64,000 nucleotides of DNA from Squalus acanthias. Its lineage: Eukaryota. The notes under the pieces were generated by a model. The model ran no database searches. It was not told where the DNA came from and saw nothing but the letters and a program-made list of their open reading frames with translations. The DNA lies in contig CM059440.1 of assembly GCA_030390025.1 (NCBI GenBank), positions 53,878,001 through 53,942,000 on the forward strand. Direction: 5' to 3'. Below, in pieces: positions 11,715 through 24,359 of the stretch; position 1 is the first letter of the stretch, and each line of letters opens with the position of its first letter. Position numbers and translations under genes: made by a program.

Positions 11715-11845
11715 AAGGTATTGAGGGATATGGGCCAAAGGCGGGTATATGGAGTTAGGCCGCAGATCAGCCATGATCTCATTCAATGGCGGAACAGACT
11801 CGAGGGGCTGAATGGCCTCCTCCTGTTACAATACTATGTTCCTAA
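11715..11845 (+). mobile_element. CR1 3' UTR fragment
   Basis: gatcagccatgatctcattcaatggcggaacagactcgaggggctgaatggcct. Confidence 0.8.
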
Positions 11846-11849
11846 AATA

Positions 11850-13727
11850 GACATAGAACATCGAAACATAGAAAAATAGGAGCAGGAGTCGGCCATTCGG
11901 CCCTTCGAGCCTGCTCCGCCATTCAATATGATCATGGCTGATCCTCTATCTCAATACCATATTCCTGCTCTCTCCCCATACCCCTTGATGCCTTTTGTGT
12001 CTAGAAATCTATCTATCTCCTTCTTAAATATATTCAGTGACTTGGCCTCCACAGCCTTCTGTGGCAGAGAATTCCACAGGTTCACCACCCTCTGAGTGAA
12101 GAAATTTCTCCTCATCTCAGTCCTAAATGTCCTATCCCGTATCCTGAGACTGTGACCCCTCGTTCTAGACCACCCAGCCAGGGGAAACATCCTCCCTGCA
12201 TCCAGTCTGTCTAGCCCTGTCAGAATTTTATACATTTCAATGAGATCCCCTCTCATTCTTCTAAACTCTAGTGAATACAGGCCTAGTCGACCCAATCTCT
12301 CCTCATACAACAGTCCTGCCATCCCAGGAATCAGTCTGGTGAACCTTTGCTGCACTCCCTCTATGGCAAGTATATCCTTTCTTAGGTAAGGAGACCAAAG
12401 CTGCACACAGTACTCCAGGTGTGGTCTCACCAAGGCCCTGTATAACAGTAGTAAGACATCCTTGCTCCTGTACTCAAATCCTCTTGCAATGAAAGCCAAC
12501 ATACCATTTGCCTTCCTAACTGCTTGCTGCACCTGCATGTTTGCTTTCAGTGACTGGTCTACAAGGACACCCAGGTCCCTTTGTACATCAACATTTCCCA
12601 ATCGACCACCATTTAAATAATACTCTACCTTTCTGTTTTTCCTACCGAAGTGGATAACTTCACATTTATCCACGTTATACTGCATCTGCCATGTATTTGC
12701 CCACTCACTCAACTTGTCTAAATCGCCTTGAAGCCTCTTTGCAATCTCCTCACAACTCACAATCCCACCTAGTTTCATGTCGTCAGCAAACTTGGAAGTA
12801 TTACATTTGGTTCCCTCATCCAAATCATTGATATATATTGTGAATAGCTGGGGCCCAAGCACTGATCCCTGCGGTACCCCACTAGTCACCGCCTGCCACC
12901 CCAAAAAAGACCCATTTATTCCTACTCTCTGTTTCCTGTCTGTTAACCAATTTTCAATCCATCCAGTATATTACCCCCAATCCCATGTGCTTTAATTTTG
13001 CACACTAACCTCTTATGTGGGACTTTATCAAAGGCCTTCTGAAAATCCAAATACACCACATTCACTGGTACTCCCTTATCTATTCTATCAGTTACATCCT
13101 CAAAAAACTCCAGTAGGTTTGTCAAACACGATTTCCCTTTCATAAATCCATGTTGACTTTGTCTAATCCCGTTGATATTTTCTAAGTGTCCTGTTATCAC
13201 ATCCTTTATAATAGACTCTAGCATTTTCCCTACTACTGATATTAGGCTAACTGGTCTGTAGTTCCCTGTTTTCTCTCTCCCTCCTTTTTTAAATAGTGGG
13301 GTTACATTTGCCACCCTCCAATCTGCAGGAACTGTTCCATAATCTATAGATTATGGAAGATGACAACCAATGCATCCACTATTTCCATGGCTACCTCTTT
13401 TAGTACTCTGGGATGCAGATTATCAGGCCCTGGGGATTTAGTAGCTTTCAGTCCCATTAATTTCTCCAGCACTATTTTTTTACGAATACTAATTTCCTTT
13501 AATTCCTCCTTCTCACTAGACCCTTGGTTCCCTAGCATTTCTCGGAAGTTATTTGTGTCCTCTTCCGTGAAGACAGAACCAAAGTATTTGTTTAATTGCT
13601 CAGCCATTTCCTTGTTCCCCATTATAAATTCTCCCGTTTCTGACTGCAAGGGACCTACATTTGTCTTCACTAATCTTTTTCTTTTTACATACTTGTAGAA
13701 GCTTTTACAATCCGCTTTTATGTTCCT
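11850..13727 (-). mobile_element. CR1 LINE, 5'-truncated, disrupted ORF2 (RT domain)
   Basis: ORF pieces 13344-13670, 12943-13314 and 11951-12904 with [31 protein letters not shown] and FADD motifs; catagaaa-type tail. Confidence 0.95.
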
Positions 13728-13734
13728 TATAATC

Positions 13735-14120
13735 TGCCGTCAGCTCAGTAAGTAGCGCACTGAATACAGATCAGGGAGATTGTAGCTTTGATTCTCGGTC
13801 AGTTCTGAACAAACTTAACCAGAGCAGAAGTGGGGAGACTCCAGTTGATGTCAGTGCCCAATGCGCTAGGGATGTGAGAAAGCACCCCACTGTTCCCATT
13901 CACTGTCCACTAACCCCTGATGGCAGGCATGATATATTCGCACGTTAGGTGAGGGTCAGGCTCGACTGCGATGCCCTCCTTAGTGAAATAGCCGGGCAGC
14001 TATCACTAGCTCTGCTTACACTTTGAAAACTTGCTACTTCACCGAGATGCCGGCAGACCGAGACTCCAGCCTGAGTTTCTGGCTTCAGAGGAGGGGAACA
14101 AAGGGAAGGGGAAAAAAGCC
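13735..14120 (+). mobile_element. Old AmnSINE2-like SINE
   Basis: gctcagtaagtagc head...ggtgagggtcaggctcgactgcgatgccctc...ggcttcagaggagggg. Confidence 0.55.
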
Positions 14121-14247
14121 CCAAATTCAGCATAAATTATCACTCTCCTTAGAGAAGGTGATGTGAGAAATAGAATGTCACACTGGTGACACTGGGGTGC
14201 ACTTTTGAGGTTAATGTTGAAACCCTTTGTTGAGACAGAAGAGTTTA

Positions 14248-14532
14248 CCACTTAGAAGGACAAGGGCAGCAGGCACATGGGAACACCATCACCTCCAAGT
14301 TCCCCTCCAAGTCGCACATCATCCTGACTTGGAAGTATATCGCCGATCCTTCATCGTCGCTGGGTCAAAATCCTGGAACTCCCTCCCTAACAGCACTGTG
14401 GGAGCACCTTCACCACACGGACTGCAGCGGTTCAAGAAGGCAGCTCACCACTACCTTCTCAAGGGCAATTAGGGATGGACAATAAATGCTGGCCTTGCCA
14501 GCGATGCCCACATCCCAGGAACAAATAAAAAA
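14248..14532 (+). mobile_element. A-tailed CR1/L2-group LINE (family B) 3' end
   Basis: Matches 31810-32090 (gctgggtcaaaatcctggaactccct...aataaatgctggccttgccagc) with A-rich tail. Confidence 0.85.
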
Positions 14533-14639
14533 CAACATTGGGCACCATTGGCAGAAATAGGTATTATTCTCCAATACTAACATCTCTCATGAGGGTAAAG
14601 ATTGAAAGAAAATCGCCAAAATCTATAAATTCATATCAA

Positions 14640-14850
14640 TAAAGGAACATTTGCATTTATAGAATGCCTTATTGTGTCTCTCTGAAATTCCTCAGAGCAC
14701 TTTGCATATAACAAATGACTTTGAGGCCTAGTCATTGTAATGTTTGCAAATGCTGCAGTCATTTTGTGCAGAGCCAGATTCCAGAGCCAGCAGCGAGATG
14801 GATGAGCAATGAATCTGTTTTTGCTGGGTAGGTTGAGGCAGTGGTGGACC
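14640..14850 (-). mobile_element. Highly diverged DeuSINE 3' half
   Basis: ttgcatttatagaatgcc...gtcattgtaatg resembles the SINE tail reverse complement. Confidence 0.55.
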
Positions 14851-14859
14851 GGATACCGT

Positions 14860-15380
14860 GGGGGTGAGATGTTACTTGGGCGGGGGATGCAAATACGGGC
14901 GGTATTGCGTCTGCCGCCAGTTATCTGCCCACCCGATATTCAGTCCCATTGACTTCAATAGAACTGTAGATCGGGGGTGTCGTACAATGGGCGGAGAAAG
15001 TGACTCCACAACACACCGCCCACAACACACCACCCACCACCCACCCACCCCACCCACCCCCCCCCGCCCACCACCCCCCCCCCACCCACCCACCACCCCC
15101 CCACCCCCCCACCCACCACCCCCCCGCCACACCCCCACCCCCCGCCACACCCCCGCCACACCCCCACCCCCCGCCACACCCCCCACCCACCACCCCCTCG
15201 CCCCCCGCCCACCACCCCAGCCACCCACCCGCCCGCCACCCGCCCACCACCCCGCCCACCACCCCCCCCGCCCACCCCCCACCCCCGCCCACCCCCCACC
15301 CCCGCCCACCACCCCCCCCACCCACCAACCACCCCCCCGACCCCCACACCCCCCCCGCCACCCAGCCCGATCTTTAACAT
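14860..15380. mobile_element. Palindromic Harbinger-like MITE with expanded C-rich tract
   Basis: gggcggtattgcg...cccgatattcagtcccattgacttcaatagaactgtagatcggg central dyad; right arm largely replaced by CCA/CCG-rich sequence. Confidence 0.5.
15005..15366. repeat. C-rich low-complexity tract (CCA/CCG/CCCACA)
   Basis: Directly visible; the G-rich minus strand has many GGG runs. Confidence 0.9.
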
Positions 15381-15656
15381 CTCAGTGAGATTTTCATTCT
15401 AAATGGATTAAAACTGCTGCAGATCCCCACCTGAGAGGTCAAGGGCTAACAGCACTCAAATTTCTGTTCTGCGCTTATTTGCATAATTATTCACAACATA
15501 TTCGGTTGGGTCCAGGAAGTACACCACTGGTTAAAAAAGGAAAATTGCGCGTGAGTCAAATTTAAAGCATTACACCAATTAAAGGAGTGTGTGACAATAT
15601 CGGGGGCAAAAGTTCAGAAAGCCTTTGGAGAACCTCAAACGGCATCTCAATCCATT

Positions 15657-16102
15657 AAAGAAAGAAAGACTTGCATTTATATAGCGCCTTGCACAACCAC
15701 CAGACGTCCCAAAGCGCTTTACAGCCAATGAAGTACTTTTTGAAGTGTAGTCAGTGTTGTAATGTAGGAAGTGCGCACAGCAAGCTCCCACAAACAGCAG
15801 TGTGATAATGACCAGATAATCTGTTTTATTAATGTTGAGTGAGGGATAAATATTGGCCTGGACACCGGGGATAACTCCACTGCTCTTCATCGAAATAGTG
15901 GCCATGGGATCTTTTGCGTCCACCTGAGAGAGCAGACGGGGCCTCGGTTTAACATCTCATCCAAAAGACGGCACCTCTGACAGTGCAGCACTCCCTCAGT
16001 ACTTCACTGGAGTGTCAGCCTAGATTTTTGTGCTCAAGTCCCTGGAGTGGGCCTTGAACCCACAACCTTCTGACCCCGAGCCAAGAGTGCTACCAACTGA
16101 GC
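15657..16102 (-). mobile_element. DeuSINE (SacSINE1-like)
   Basis: Reverse complement of tail, core and tRNA-like head. Confidence 0.9.
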
Positions 16103-16109
16103 AATGGAA

Positions 16110-16860
16110 GGGGCAAGGGTTTAGGAACTGGTAGACAGACTTGAAGGGAAAGGGCACTTTTGGTGTTGGTATGAGTCTAAAGACAGAGGAGCCCAGAACA
16201 CGCCTCCCAGTTTGATGGCTGCTGAGGTTGAGGCGACACGGCATGAGATGTTTTCAAGGAGGTTTGCCTTCTGTTCAGCTCCACAGCACCATTTGCGGAG
16301 GTTAGCACTGCAATATGCCTACAGAAGGCGCAGCCAACTATCAAGTCCTGACTAACCATTACTGTGCCAGCATGTAGCAAACCCTCTGCCGCGGGGGTCT
16401 TTTTACAACTCGGGGTACGGCTCTGCATTTCTGCTAACCCAGACTCGGAGAAGATGGTTCCACTTTGCTGTTGCCAGGTGGGTGTGGTGAGGCCTGAATC
16501 AATGTTCCGTGGGTGCAGACATCAGACAGCACTAGCTCTTGATCACTCTGACATGCCGCCTTTCACTCAGCACTAGATGAAGCGTGACGTGCTGTGACTG
16601 GCATGCTTCTGAAGAGCCATCTAACGTAATGGTTATTCAGGCATTCACACAGACTGCAGCGTAGCCAGTAGGGGTCTGCTCGCTCAGCTTTCTTTTGGGG
16701 ATAAGAAAAGCGTCTATCAGCACTATATCTGCCGAAGTGAAGTATTTGCAGCCCTGTCTGGAGATTCAGGTGTGTGGTTGCTGGTTGAAGGATGCAGAAC
16801 ACCTCAGGATCTCTGATCTGTCTGGCAGCATTCCATGGGTCCAATTCTTCCCAACACATA
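16110..16860 (-). pseudogene. Probable ancient, heavily decayed L2-type ORF2 remnant
   Basis: Minus-strand translation loosely follows the L2 C-terminal motif order (SGLD..., LRK..., NLL...) with many stops and frameshifts; weak. Confidence 0.35.
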
Positions 16861-16894
16861 AATAGGCTCCAATAATTATAGTGAGGCGGGGAGA

Positions 16895-17338
16895 AAAAGA
16901 ATGAAAGGACCTGCATTTCTATAGCGCCTTTCACGACCACTGGACACCCCAAAGCGCTTTATAGCCAATGACGTACTTTTTGAAGTGGAGTCACTGTTGT
17001 AATGTAGGAAACGCGGCAGCCAGTTTGCGCACAGCAAGCTCCCACAAACAGCAACGTGATAATGACCCGATGTTGATTGAGGGATAAATATTGGCCAGGA
17101 CACTGGGGATAACTCCCCACCTCTTCTTCAAAATAGTGCCATGGGATCTTTTACATCCACCTGAGTGAGCAGACGGGGCCTCGGTTTAACGTCTCATTGG
17201 AAAGACGGCACCTCCAACAGTGCAGCACTCCCTCAGCACTGCACTGGAGTGTCAGCCTAGATTTTTTTGCTCAAGTCTCTGGAGTGGGACTTGAACCCAC
17301 AACCCCCTGACTCAGAGGCGAGAGTGTTACGGCTGACA
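16895..17338 (-). mobile_element. DeuSINE (SacSINE1-like)
   Basis: Reverse complement of the whole SINE, small deletion in head. Confidence 0.9.
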
Positions 17339-18039
17339 CATGAGGGAGCGGGGTGGAGGGAGAGATTTCCAGCACGGGTTCAACGTGGCATCTAACATGC
17401 CAGGCAATTGCGCAGAGAATTCCATTCTCCCTTTTACAAATTGTCTGCAAGCTCCTCTCCGCTTCAGACAGCAGCTTCCATCAGCCACCAACCTCAGTCT
17501 TGGCTGGAAACTTGCGTCGGGGAAGAACTAGGCGGCAATCACGTGGAGCTGATTTCCACCCCAATCAGTGCTCCATTAAACCTTGTCCGCAATTAATTTC
17601 CGAGCATAATGGAGATGAAACGTAGCCCTGTTATTTTAAGAACGACAGCAATGTAACACTTCCTTAGCACTACACTGAAATTCGGCCCGGTTTATATTCT
17701 CTAATCCTGAAATTGGGATTCAACCCCATAATCTTCTGACTCGGATGAGTGTCCTAGCAACTAACCAACCTGACGCTATAAAACGACGCGAAAAAACGCA
17801 TGTGGTCGGGAGACTGACAGCTGAGGTTCAGTCAGATTTGTTTTCATGATTTGTGGCATCCCTTAAACCCCTTGATTACTGTCTTGTCGTCACATCCTCC
17901 CTCCCATTGTTCTACGTTTACAGTATTCGCTGGGATTTCCCACGGTGGTGTGTGTATGTGTATAGCTGCAACTGGACTGTACATTAAATAATGAATGTTC
18001 AGTGGGTAGGAGCGTCACACGGTGTGGTAATAGGTCATT

Positions 18040-18850
18040 TACATTCCTGCCTTCCATCCCTAGTTTGCGCTGTTAGCGGATCTCAGCCAGGGAAATGGTG
18101 GGAATTCTAAAAGTAGAATCGGTGTCCTCGGAGAGGAGAAAGTTCAGTCAGGTTTCCCGCTCCTGATTTCTGCTCAGTGAGCTCCGCTGGTAAAGGCACA
18201 TTGTATGGCTTTGGTTTGAGGACAAGGGCAGGCTTTGCCCTCCCTGGCTTCACGTCAGCTGTGCCTCAGTGGGTCGTACCCTCACTCCTGAGTCAGAAGG
18301 TTGTGGGTTCGAAGTCCCACTCCAGAGACTTGAGCACAAATATTTGAGGCTGACACTCCCAGTGCGGTGCTGAGGGAGTGCTGCACTGTCTGAGTCGCCG
18401 TCTTTCAGATGCAACATTAAACCGAGGCCCCGTCTGTTCTCTCTCAGGTGGACGTAAAAGATCCCATGACACTATTTCGAAGAAGAACAGGGGAGTTGTC
18501 CCCAGTGTCCTGGGGCCAATATTTATCCCTCAATCAATATCACTAAAACAGATTATCTGGTCATTGTCACATTGCTGTTTGTGGGAGCTTGCTGTGCGCA
18601 TATTGGTTGCTGCGTTTCCTACATTACAACAGTGACTACACTTCAAAATAGTACTCCATTGGCTGTAAAGCGCTTTGAGACGTCCGGTGGTTGTGAAGGG
18701 CGCTATATAAATGCTTTCACGGTGAAATAGTCAATTGACAGTCACTTTCTGGACTCACATCATGAGAATGGCCACTGGAGTCAGATACTGGAGGGGCTGG
18801 CAACCATATTCTAGTCTCGCTGACTTCAGGAAGGGGGGACCGATAGAAAA
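18040..18850 (+). mobile_element. Old AmnSINE2-like SINE split by a DeuSINE insertion
   Basis: ttagcggatctcagccaggg...ggtttcccgctcctgat before the insertion; gaaatagtc...gagaatggccactgg...cttcagga after it. Confidence 0.6.
18254..18716 (+). mobile_element. DeuSINE (SacSINE1-like), full length
   Basis: gtcagctgtg head through gcgctatataaatgc. Confidence 0.9.
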
Positions 18851-19544
18851 GGAAAGAAGATTTGGGAGGGGAAAAAGGTTTAGCAACTTTTCAGTATGAG
18901 CAAATTTCCACAGAATCGGAGCAGTGCTTAACAACATGGGAGAATCAAAGTCAAAGAGAGTCACAATGGATATTTGTCCAGATCAAGGTCTATATATGCA
19001 GTGAGTTCCCAAGACACTTCTAAAACAGAATGTAGATATCCCCAACTGGTGTTAATATTCCATTTTTAAAACCTCTTGTCTAGTATTGTTATTTATTAAT
19101 AAAAGTGAGAAGCACAAGGGGAAACAGAGATGCCTTTTGTGCAATGTGGCCCACTGCAGTATGGAACATGAATAGTGAATTGTCGTTCCTGGTAATTCAT
19201 CTCTTTAGCTGTTCAATGTTAAAATTATCTCTTTGTTTCATGTATCCCAAACATGTGGCCTCACGCCAGAGAATAGTCCGAGCTAAGTGGCAGCCCGGAT
19301 ACATTCGATGTTAATTGCATTCTCTTCGCTTCCTGCAGGATTTTCTTTTGACGTTGCATGAGAAATGGCTCAAATATTTGGGTGAGCTGATGAATTGTCA
19401 CACAGGGCATTCCTGGTCATCAGAGGCATTGCTTATGGCTTGGCTCAGCTGTAAGCAAGACATTGATAGCATATACCTTCAAACAGACGCAACTGCAATC
19501 TTCTGGCCTTTTTCAATCGTCTCTCTGTTGTGATAGTTTGCTTC

Positions 19545-19855
19545 CCTCCCTTCCCTGCCCTGAAAGGATTGGCATTTTTGCTGGGGCTGGTGCCATGGTG
19601 GCGGGTGCTGGCGGATGTCAGTCGCATGGACATTCCTCCTGTGTGAGCCATGGCAGTGCAAGGTGGCAGGCTATTCAGCTACAGGAGTGAGGAGTGGGAC
19701 ACAGCAGAGCTCGCTTCTCCCCTCATCTGATGTCCACACACACAGCAGTAACGTGATGTGACAAGGAACGGGGGCTTAGGCCAATTTTCCTTTACCTAAC
19801 CAAAAGTTCAGTTTTACCACCCTCACCGATGCCCTGGGCTAAGCTTAGCCGACTC
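19545..19855 (-). mobile_element. Old AmnSINE2-like SINE
   Basis: cctgaaagg...ctggggc...tgtgtgagcc...gcagggctattc...gatgtccacacacac. Confidence 0.55.
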
Positions 19856-19857
19856 TT

Positions 19858-20384
19858 CTACCTCAGTTTTTAACCGCAGGTGGGTTTTGGGCGAGTGGGT
19901 AGCATTGTGAGTTAGAATCTCGCACATTGCTGTAGAAATGAGGGGCCCGGGTCTGCTTTAACTCCTGGGTCTCATTTAAATCCCATCCAGCACTCTGGGC
20001 GGCAAGTGACAGAGCTCCACAATGGGATGTCTCGCAGGGGGTCTCATGATCGGGAAGGGAGGGTGTCTCCGTGGCAGGGGTGGACTAAGCTTTCCTTGTG
20101 GGGCCTGGAGGAGCCATCCTGTCCCTCGCGACCCACAAAAGGAAGAAAAAAAACTTAGCTGCTTGGACCTCTCTGGCCCTGATCCTCTCTCCTCGCTGCC
20201 TCCAGCTGGCGGGAACGTCACTGCGGCTTCCCGTTCAGGGCGTCCGGTTAAAGTTGCCGTTGGGTCCCCATGACGTCATGGGACCAGAAATGCATATATA
20301 ATAAAAAGGATCCAGGGCGGGTAATTCTAGGCAATTCTAACTACCCACCCGTTCAACTTCCACCATGGCATTAAAATCGGCCCC
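19858..20384. mobile_element. Harbinger-like GC-rich MITE
   Basis: Right end ttaaaatcggcccc, decayed left end ctcagtttttaac; internal dyad ggtccccatgacgtcatgggacc. Confidence 0.55.
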
Positions 20385-20589
20385 TTGTGTTGAATCTCTG
20401 TTGTGCCATTAGATATCACTTCGATCCTTTAGTAAGTACCATAGTACAGGGGTATCAAAGCTTTTTGCCTTGAAGGGCTGCATAGATTCAGACCGTGGAA
20501 CATTGCGGGCACCTCTTCCCATTGTTTGGAATATCTCAAATTGCTGATACAATCAGCTCTTAGTGCTCTGATTTAGACATAGAGTTATA

Positions 20590-21433
20590 GGGCTGGATTT
20601 TATCAATGGAGGCGAGCAGGAGGCGGGACTCCCACTTTTTGGGTTGTAGCCCCACCTCCATTGAGTTGTGGCCAACCCACTGTATTTTCCCTTGATTGAC
20701 CTTGTTGAGCCCGCCCAGCGGGCTCAGCAGGCCAATTAAGGGCCACCCGGCAACAGGTGACGTTACAGATTGACATTTCATCTGTCAAGAGCTTTTGACA
20801 GATGACATATCAGCGTTTGACAGCTCTTTGAAGCTGTCAAACACTGACAATCTGTCTTCTAAGTTAATTCCTTCCTCTCAGGCTGATTTAGAGATCTCTG
20901 CAGAACAAAAAGCAGAGGCTGCAGCTTTTGACAGCTCAACGGCCATTCTGCTTTCTGTGCTGGTGAGATTTCTGACTCCCGAGACCTGAAGGGCTGACAC
21001 CTGCAGGAGGAAGTTAAGGTAAGTAAAACTTTTTTCCACACTTTACACTTACCTTACACACTTACCTCTGCACACATGCACCCATCACTCACCTGCCCAC
21101 CGGACATATCGACCCCTCCAACCCCTGCAGACCCATGGTCCGCCTCGCTAACTTGGCGTGGTTTGGAGCCGTCGGGTAGCCCACACTTCAGGGCTAAAAA
21201 TAGGGATTAGGCAACAAACTGCCCGTTAACTACCTGTTAACAGGCAGTTAATTGTCACTAATTCCCTTCCCGCCTCGGGGAGGCGGGTCCCAGCACAGGT
21301 CGGGTACCCGCCTCCAGCGAAACTGACATGGAGGCGGGTTGGGGCCGGGATGGGTTCGGGACCCCCGAATCTGCTATTTTCCCACCCCACACGCCTCCAA
21401 ACCCGCCTCCACGGGTCAATGAAAATTCTGCCC
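20590..21433 (+). mobile_element. PIF/Harbinger-like MITE family B, complete
   Basis: ATA|GGGCTGGATTTT...AAAATTCTGCCC|ATA: TIRs plus 3-bp TSD, inserted in a CR1 microsatellite tail. Confidence 0.88.
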
Positions 21434-21762
21434 ATAGAGTTATACAGCACAGAAAGAGGCCCTTCAGCCCATCGTGTCCGCGCCGGCCATCAAGCCCTGT
21501 CTATTCTAATCCCATTTTCCAGCACTTGGTCCGTAGCCTTGTATGCTATGGTGTTTCAAGTGCTCATCTAAATGCTTCTTGAATGTTGTGGGGGTTCCTG
21601 CCTCTACCACCCTTTCAGGCAGTGAGTTCCAGATTCCAACCACCCTCTGGGTGAAAAAGTTTTTCCTCAAATCCCCTCTAAACCTCCTGCCCCTTACCTT
21701 GAATCTATGCCCCCTGATTATTGACCCCTCTACTAAGGGGAAAAGTTCCTTTCTATCTACCC
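21434..21762 (-). mobile_element. CR1 LINE 3' end (tail continues at 20577-20589)
   Basis: Reverse complement of RVVGIWNSLPERVVEAG...; atagagtt tail split by the MITE. Confidence 0.85.
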
Positions 21763-22289
21763 TGTATTCATCAGTAAGGCAACAGCACTAAGAGCAGCCC
21801 TTTCCAAACCTCCCAGCCTACAAAATTCAAACAGGATAAATGAGCAAAATAAGAAATATGTGTAAATAAGACTGGGTTGCCAGGGCTTCAAGGGCCAGGC
21901 CTGGAGGGGGTGCCATGCAAGTCTCATAGGCCGCAGTTTGGACACCACTGTTAGTGTGTCTGAAGGGCAATTACAAAAACGTGTTGAAGACATCTGACAT
22001 CAATTTCTTGGTACTTCAGCAATCTGTTTTAAGGAAATTAATGTTTGAATTAGATATTGGCTGGATTTTTAATGCGTTTGCAAACACATTTGTTCCACAA
22101 GTGCTCCACAGAGAATTCCTGCCGACCAATAATTTTTCAAATCACTAACGTGTTTTCTGAAGGGCAGATACAACTGCAGTGAGTATTTCAGAACAAAATG
22201 AGCGCTGCAGCTGTGTACCTGGTTGTGTTTTGGTTGAAAGGCTCGTTGTCTGTTTCTGAGCTTCTTTTCATCCCCCAGAACGCCCCTTC

Positions 22290-22868
22290 CCGAACGCACA
22301 GACTCATAGTGGACAACCCACCTTCAGGCCCCACCCTCATCAAAATGGCCATTCTTAACGTGCGAGTCTGTAAAGTGTGTGTCAGCAGACCATTCAACCG
22401 TGGAGGCCTCACATGCGTACTTAGTATCCGCATTTACCACTTTTCAGTGGAGTCACTGGTTAGCGATCAGCGGTTTGAAATTCTGCTGAGAGCTATTTTT
22501 AGTGTTATTTTAGTGTTATATTTTGGTGAAGGCGCTTCCCATCTCTTTATTTTATCAAAGCCATTGACCATTTATTTTAAACAGGCTAAAGACCGTGTTA
22601 AAATAGCGCACACAGAAATTTTACACGAGCACATTAACCATTGCGCTAAAAGTAGTGACCAGTAGATGTCAACTATCGGACGGAGAATCTTGGCTGATTT
22701 TTCCCCTCCTTACCCTCGAGGTTCAACAGCCAATTGTAGAGCTCTTTTTGCTAGCTGGCTACCGTCAGTTAACGAAACGCAGACTGGGGGGTGGATGAGT
22801 CTGGGACATTATACTGCAGTAAAACTCAGCACTACACTGTGCAGCATCTTCACTAACTGAGCCATCGG
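22290..22868 (-). mobile_element. Old AmnSINE2-like SINE with an internal decayed palindromic insert (about 22475-22625)
   Basis: aaaatggccattctt...gtgtcagcagaccattcaaccgtggagg...cttggctgatttttcccctcc...actgagccatc. Confidence 0.55.
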
Positions 22869-23009
22869 AGTAGTGTCTAGGTTTATCTATTGCTTAAACA
22901 TCCTAGTAATTTTTCTCCTCAACTACCTGATGGTCATGGGGCATAAATGTAAATTCCACGTTCCTTTTTTTTTAACTTGTAGTCATAATTCTACAGCTCT
23001 GAAACCAGT

Positions 23010-23455
23010 GTCACCTGTGGCTCAGTGGGTAGCACTCTTGCCTCGGAGTCGGAAGGTTGTGGGTTCATAGTCCCACTCCAGAGAATTGAGCACAAAAATC
23101 TAGGCTGACACTCCAGTGGAGTGCTGCACTGTCAGAGGTGCCGTCTTTTGGATGACACTTTAAACTGAGGCCCCGTCTGCCCTCTCGGGTGGATGTAAAA
23201 GATCCCATGGCACTATTTTGAAGAAGAGCAGGGGAGTTATCCCCGGTGTCCCGACCAATATTTATCCCTCAATCAACATCACTAAGAACAGATTATCTGG
23301 TCATTATCACGTTGCTGTTTGTGGGAGTTTGCTGTGCCGCATTTCCCACATTACAACAGTGACTACACTTTAAAAAGTACTTCATTGGCTGTAAAGCGCT
23401 TTGGGATGTCCGGTGGTCGTGAAAGGCGCTATAGAAATGCAAGTCTTTCTTTCTA
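23010..23455 (+). mobile_element. DeuSINE (SacSINE1-like)
   Basis: Head, core and gtctttctttct tail. Confidence 0.9.
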
Positions 23456-24359
23456 TCTATCTGTTTGTTTGGCCCTTTTGAATATAATAAAGATGCACAT
23501 TTCTGTTCCTCCACCCCCCCCCACCCGCAAGTATACTGAACATTGTATGAGCTGTGTTTTTATGTAAATCGTTTTTGAAATAAATGCAACGAGCTTGATT
23601 TTGAAATAGCAATAACCAAGAGAGAGTGCATATTTGGTCAGAAATGCTGGAAACTTGCGACCGCGGAGACCCCATTTGTGCATTTGATTAAAAGGAAAGT
23701 CTGACTTCAGTCTAAATAGACAGAGCTCTCCTCCGTTATCTGATTGCTGGCGCGAGTTTACTTTTATTATTTCATCTGAACAGTAAAAACAAGTTTGCAA
23801 TGATTTATTCAGGGCGATCAGTGCCGAGCACTTCGATAACCTTCACTTTGGAACTTGTTCATAGTGTGCAGGTGAAACGATCAAACCGAATTAGTGCGAG
23901 AAATTAGATGTTGTTCGAGTGCACTGTCTACTCGTTACAAGCAGCGTTGCCAGCATTTCGCTAAGTCCGACACCAGACCTTGGAAGAATTCCCAGCTGTA
24001 GCCTCTCTTTTACTGCTTTACTTCAAAGAGCCTATTGAGGATGATGGAAAATGTAGCAGGGCCAACGAATCTTAGAGCTGAGGTAGCAATTCACAAGCCT
24101 CACAGAGCTGGCCATCAGTGGATCAGAATGCATCTCACTGTCTCCCGTAACAATGGACCTTTAGAACATTTTGGGCAGTCTACTCAAAGCCTGGGTTGTC
24201 CAGTCTAAAACTAGATGGGTGGCAAAGCATAAAACAAGTTGCAGAGAGCTAAGCAAGTTCCTTTCAGAAGTTTTAGTGGTTTCGGAGTGGGGGGGGGGGG
24301 GGTGGGGGAGGAGATGTTCCACTGCAGTAAATGGAAAAGATTTTATTTCTTTTTTTGAT

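Noticed and set aside
14858-15388. Pro-rich and Gly-rich ORFs
   Set aside because: Translations of low-complexity C-rich DNA, open on both strands.
20447-21950. One hAT element spanning caggggtatcaaag...gtttggacaccactg
   Set aside because: The ends look hAT-like, but the 8-bp flanks (ccatagta / ttagtgtg) do not match, so they cannot be paired.
22198-22665. 155-aa hydrophobic ORF
   Set aside because: It overlaps decayed SINE and MITE sequence and has no recognisable domain.
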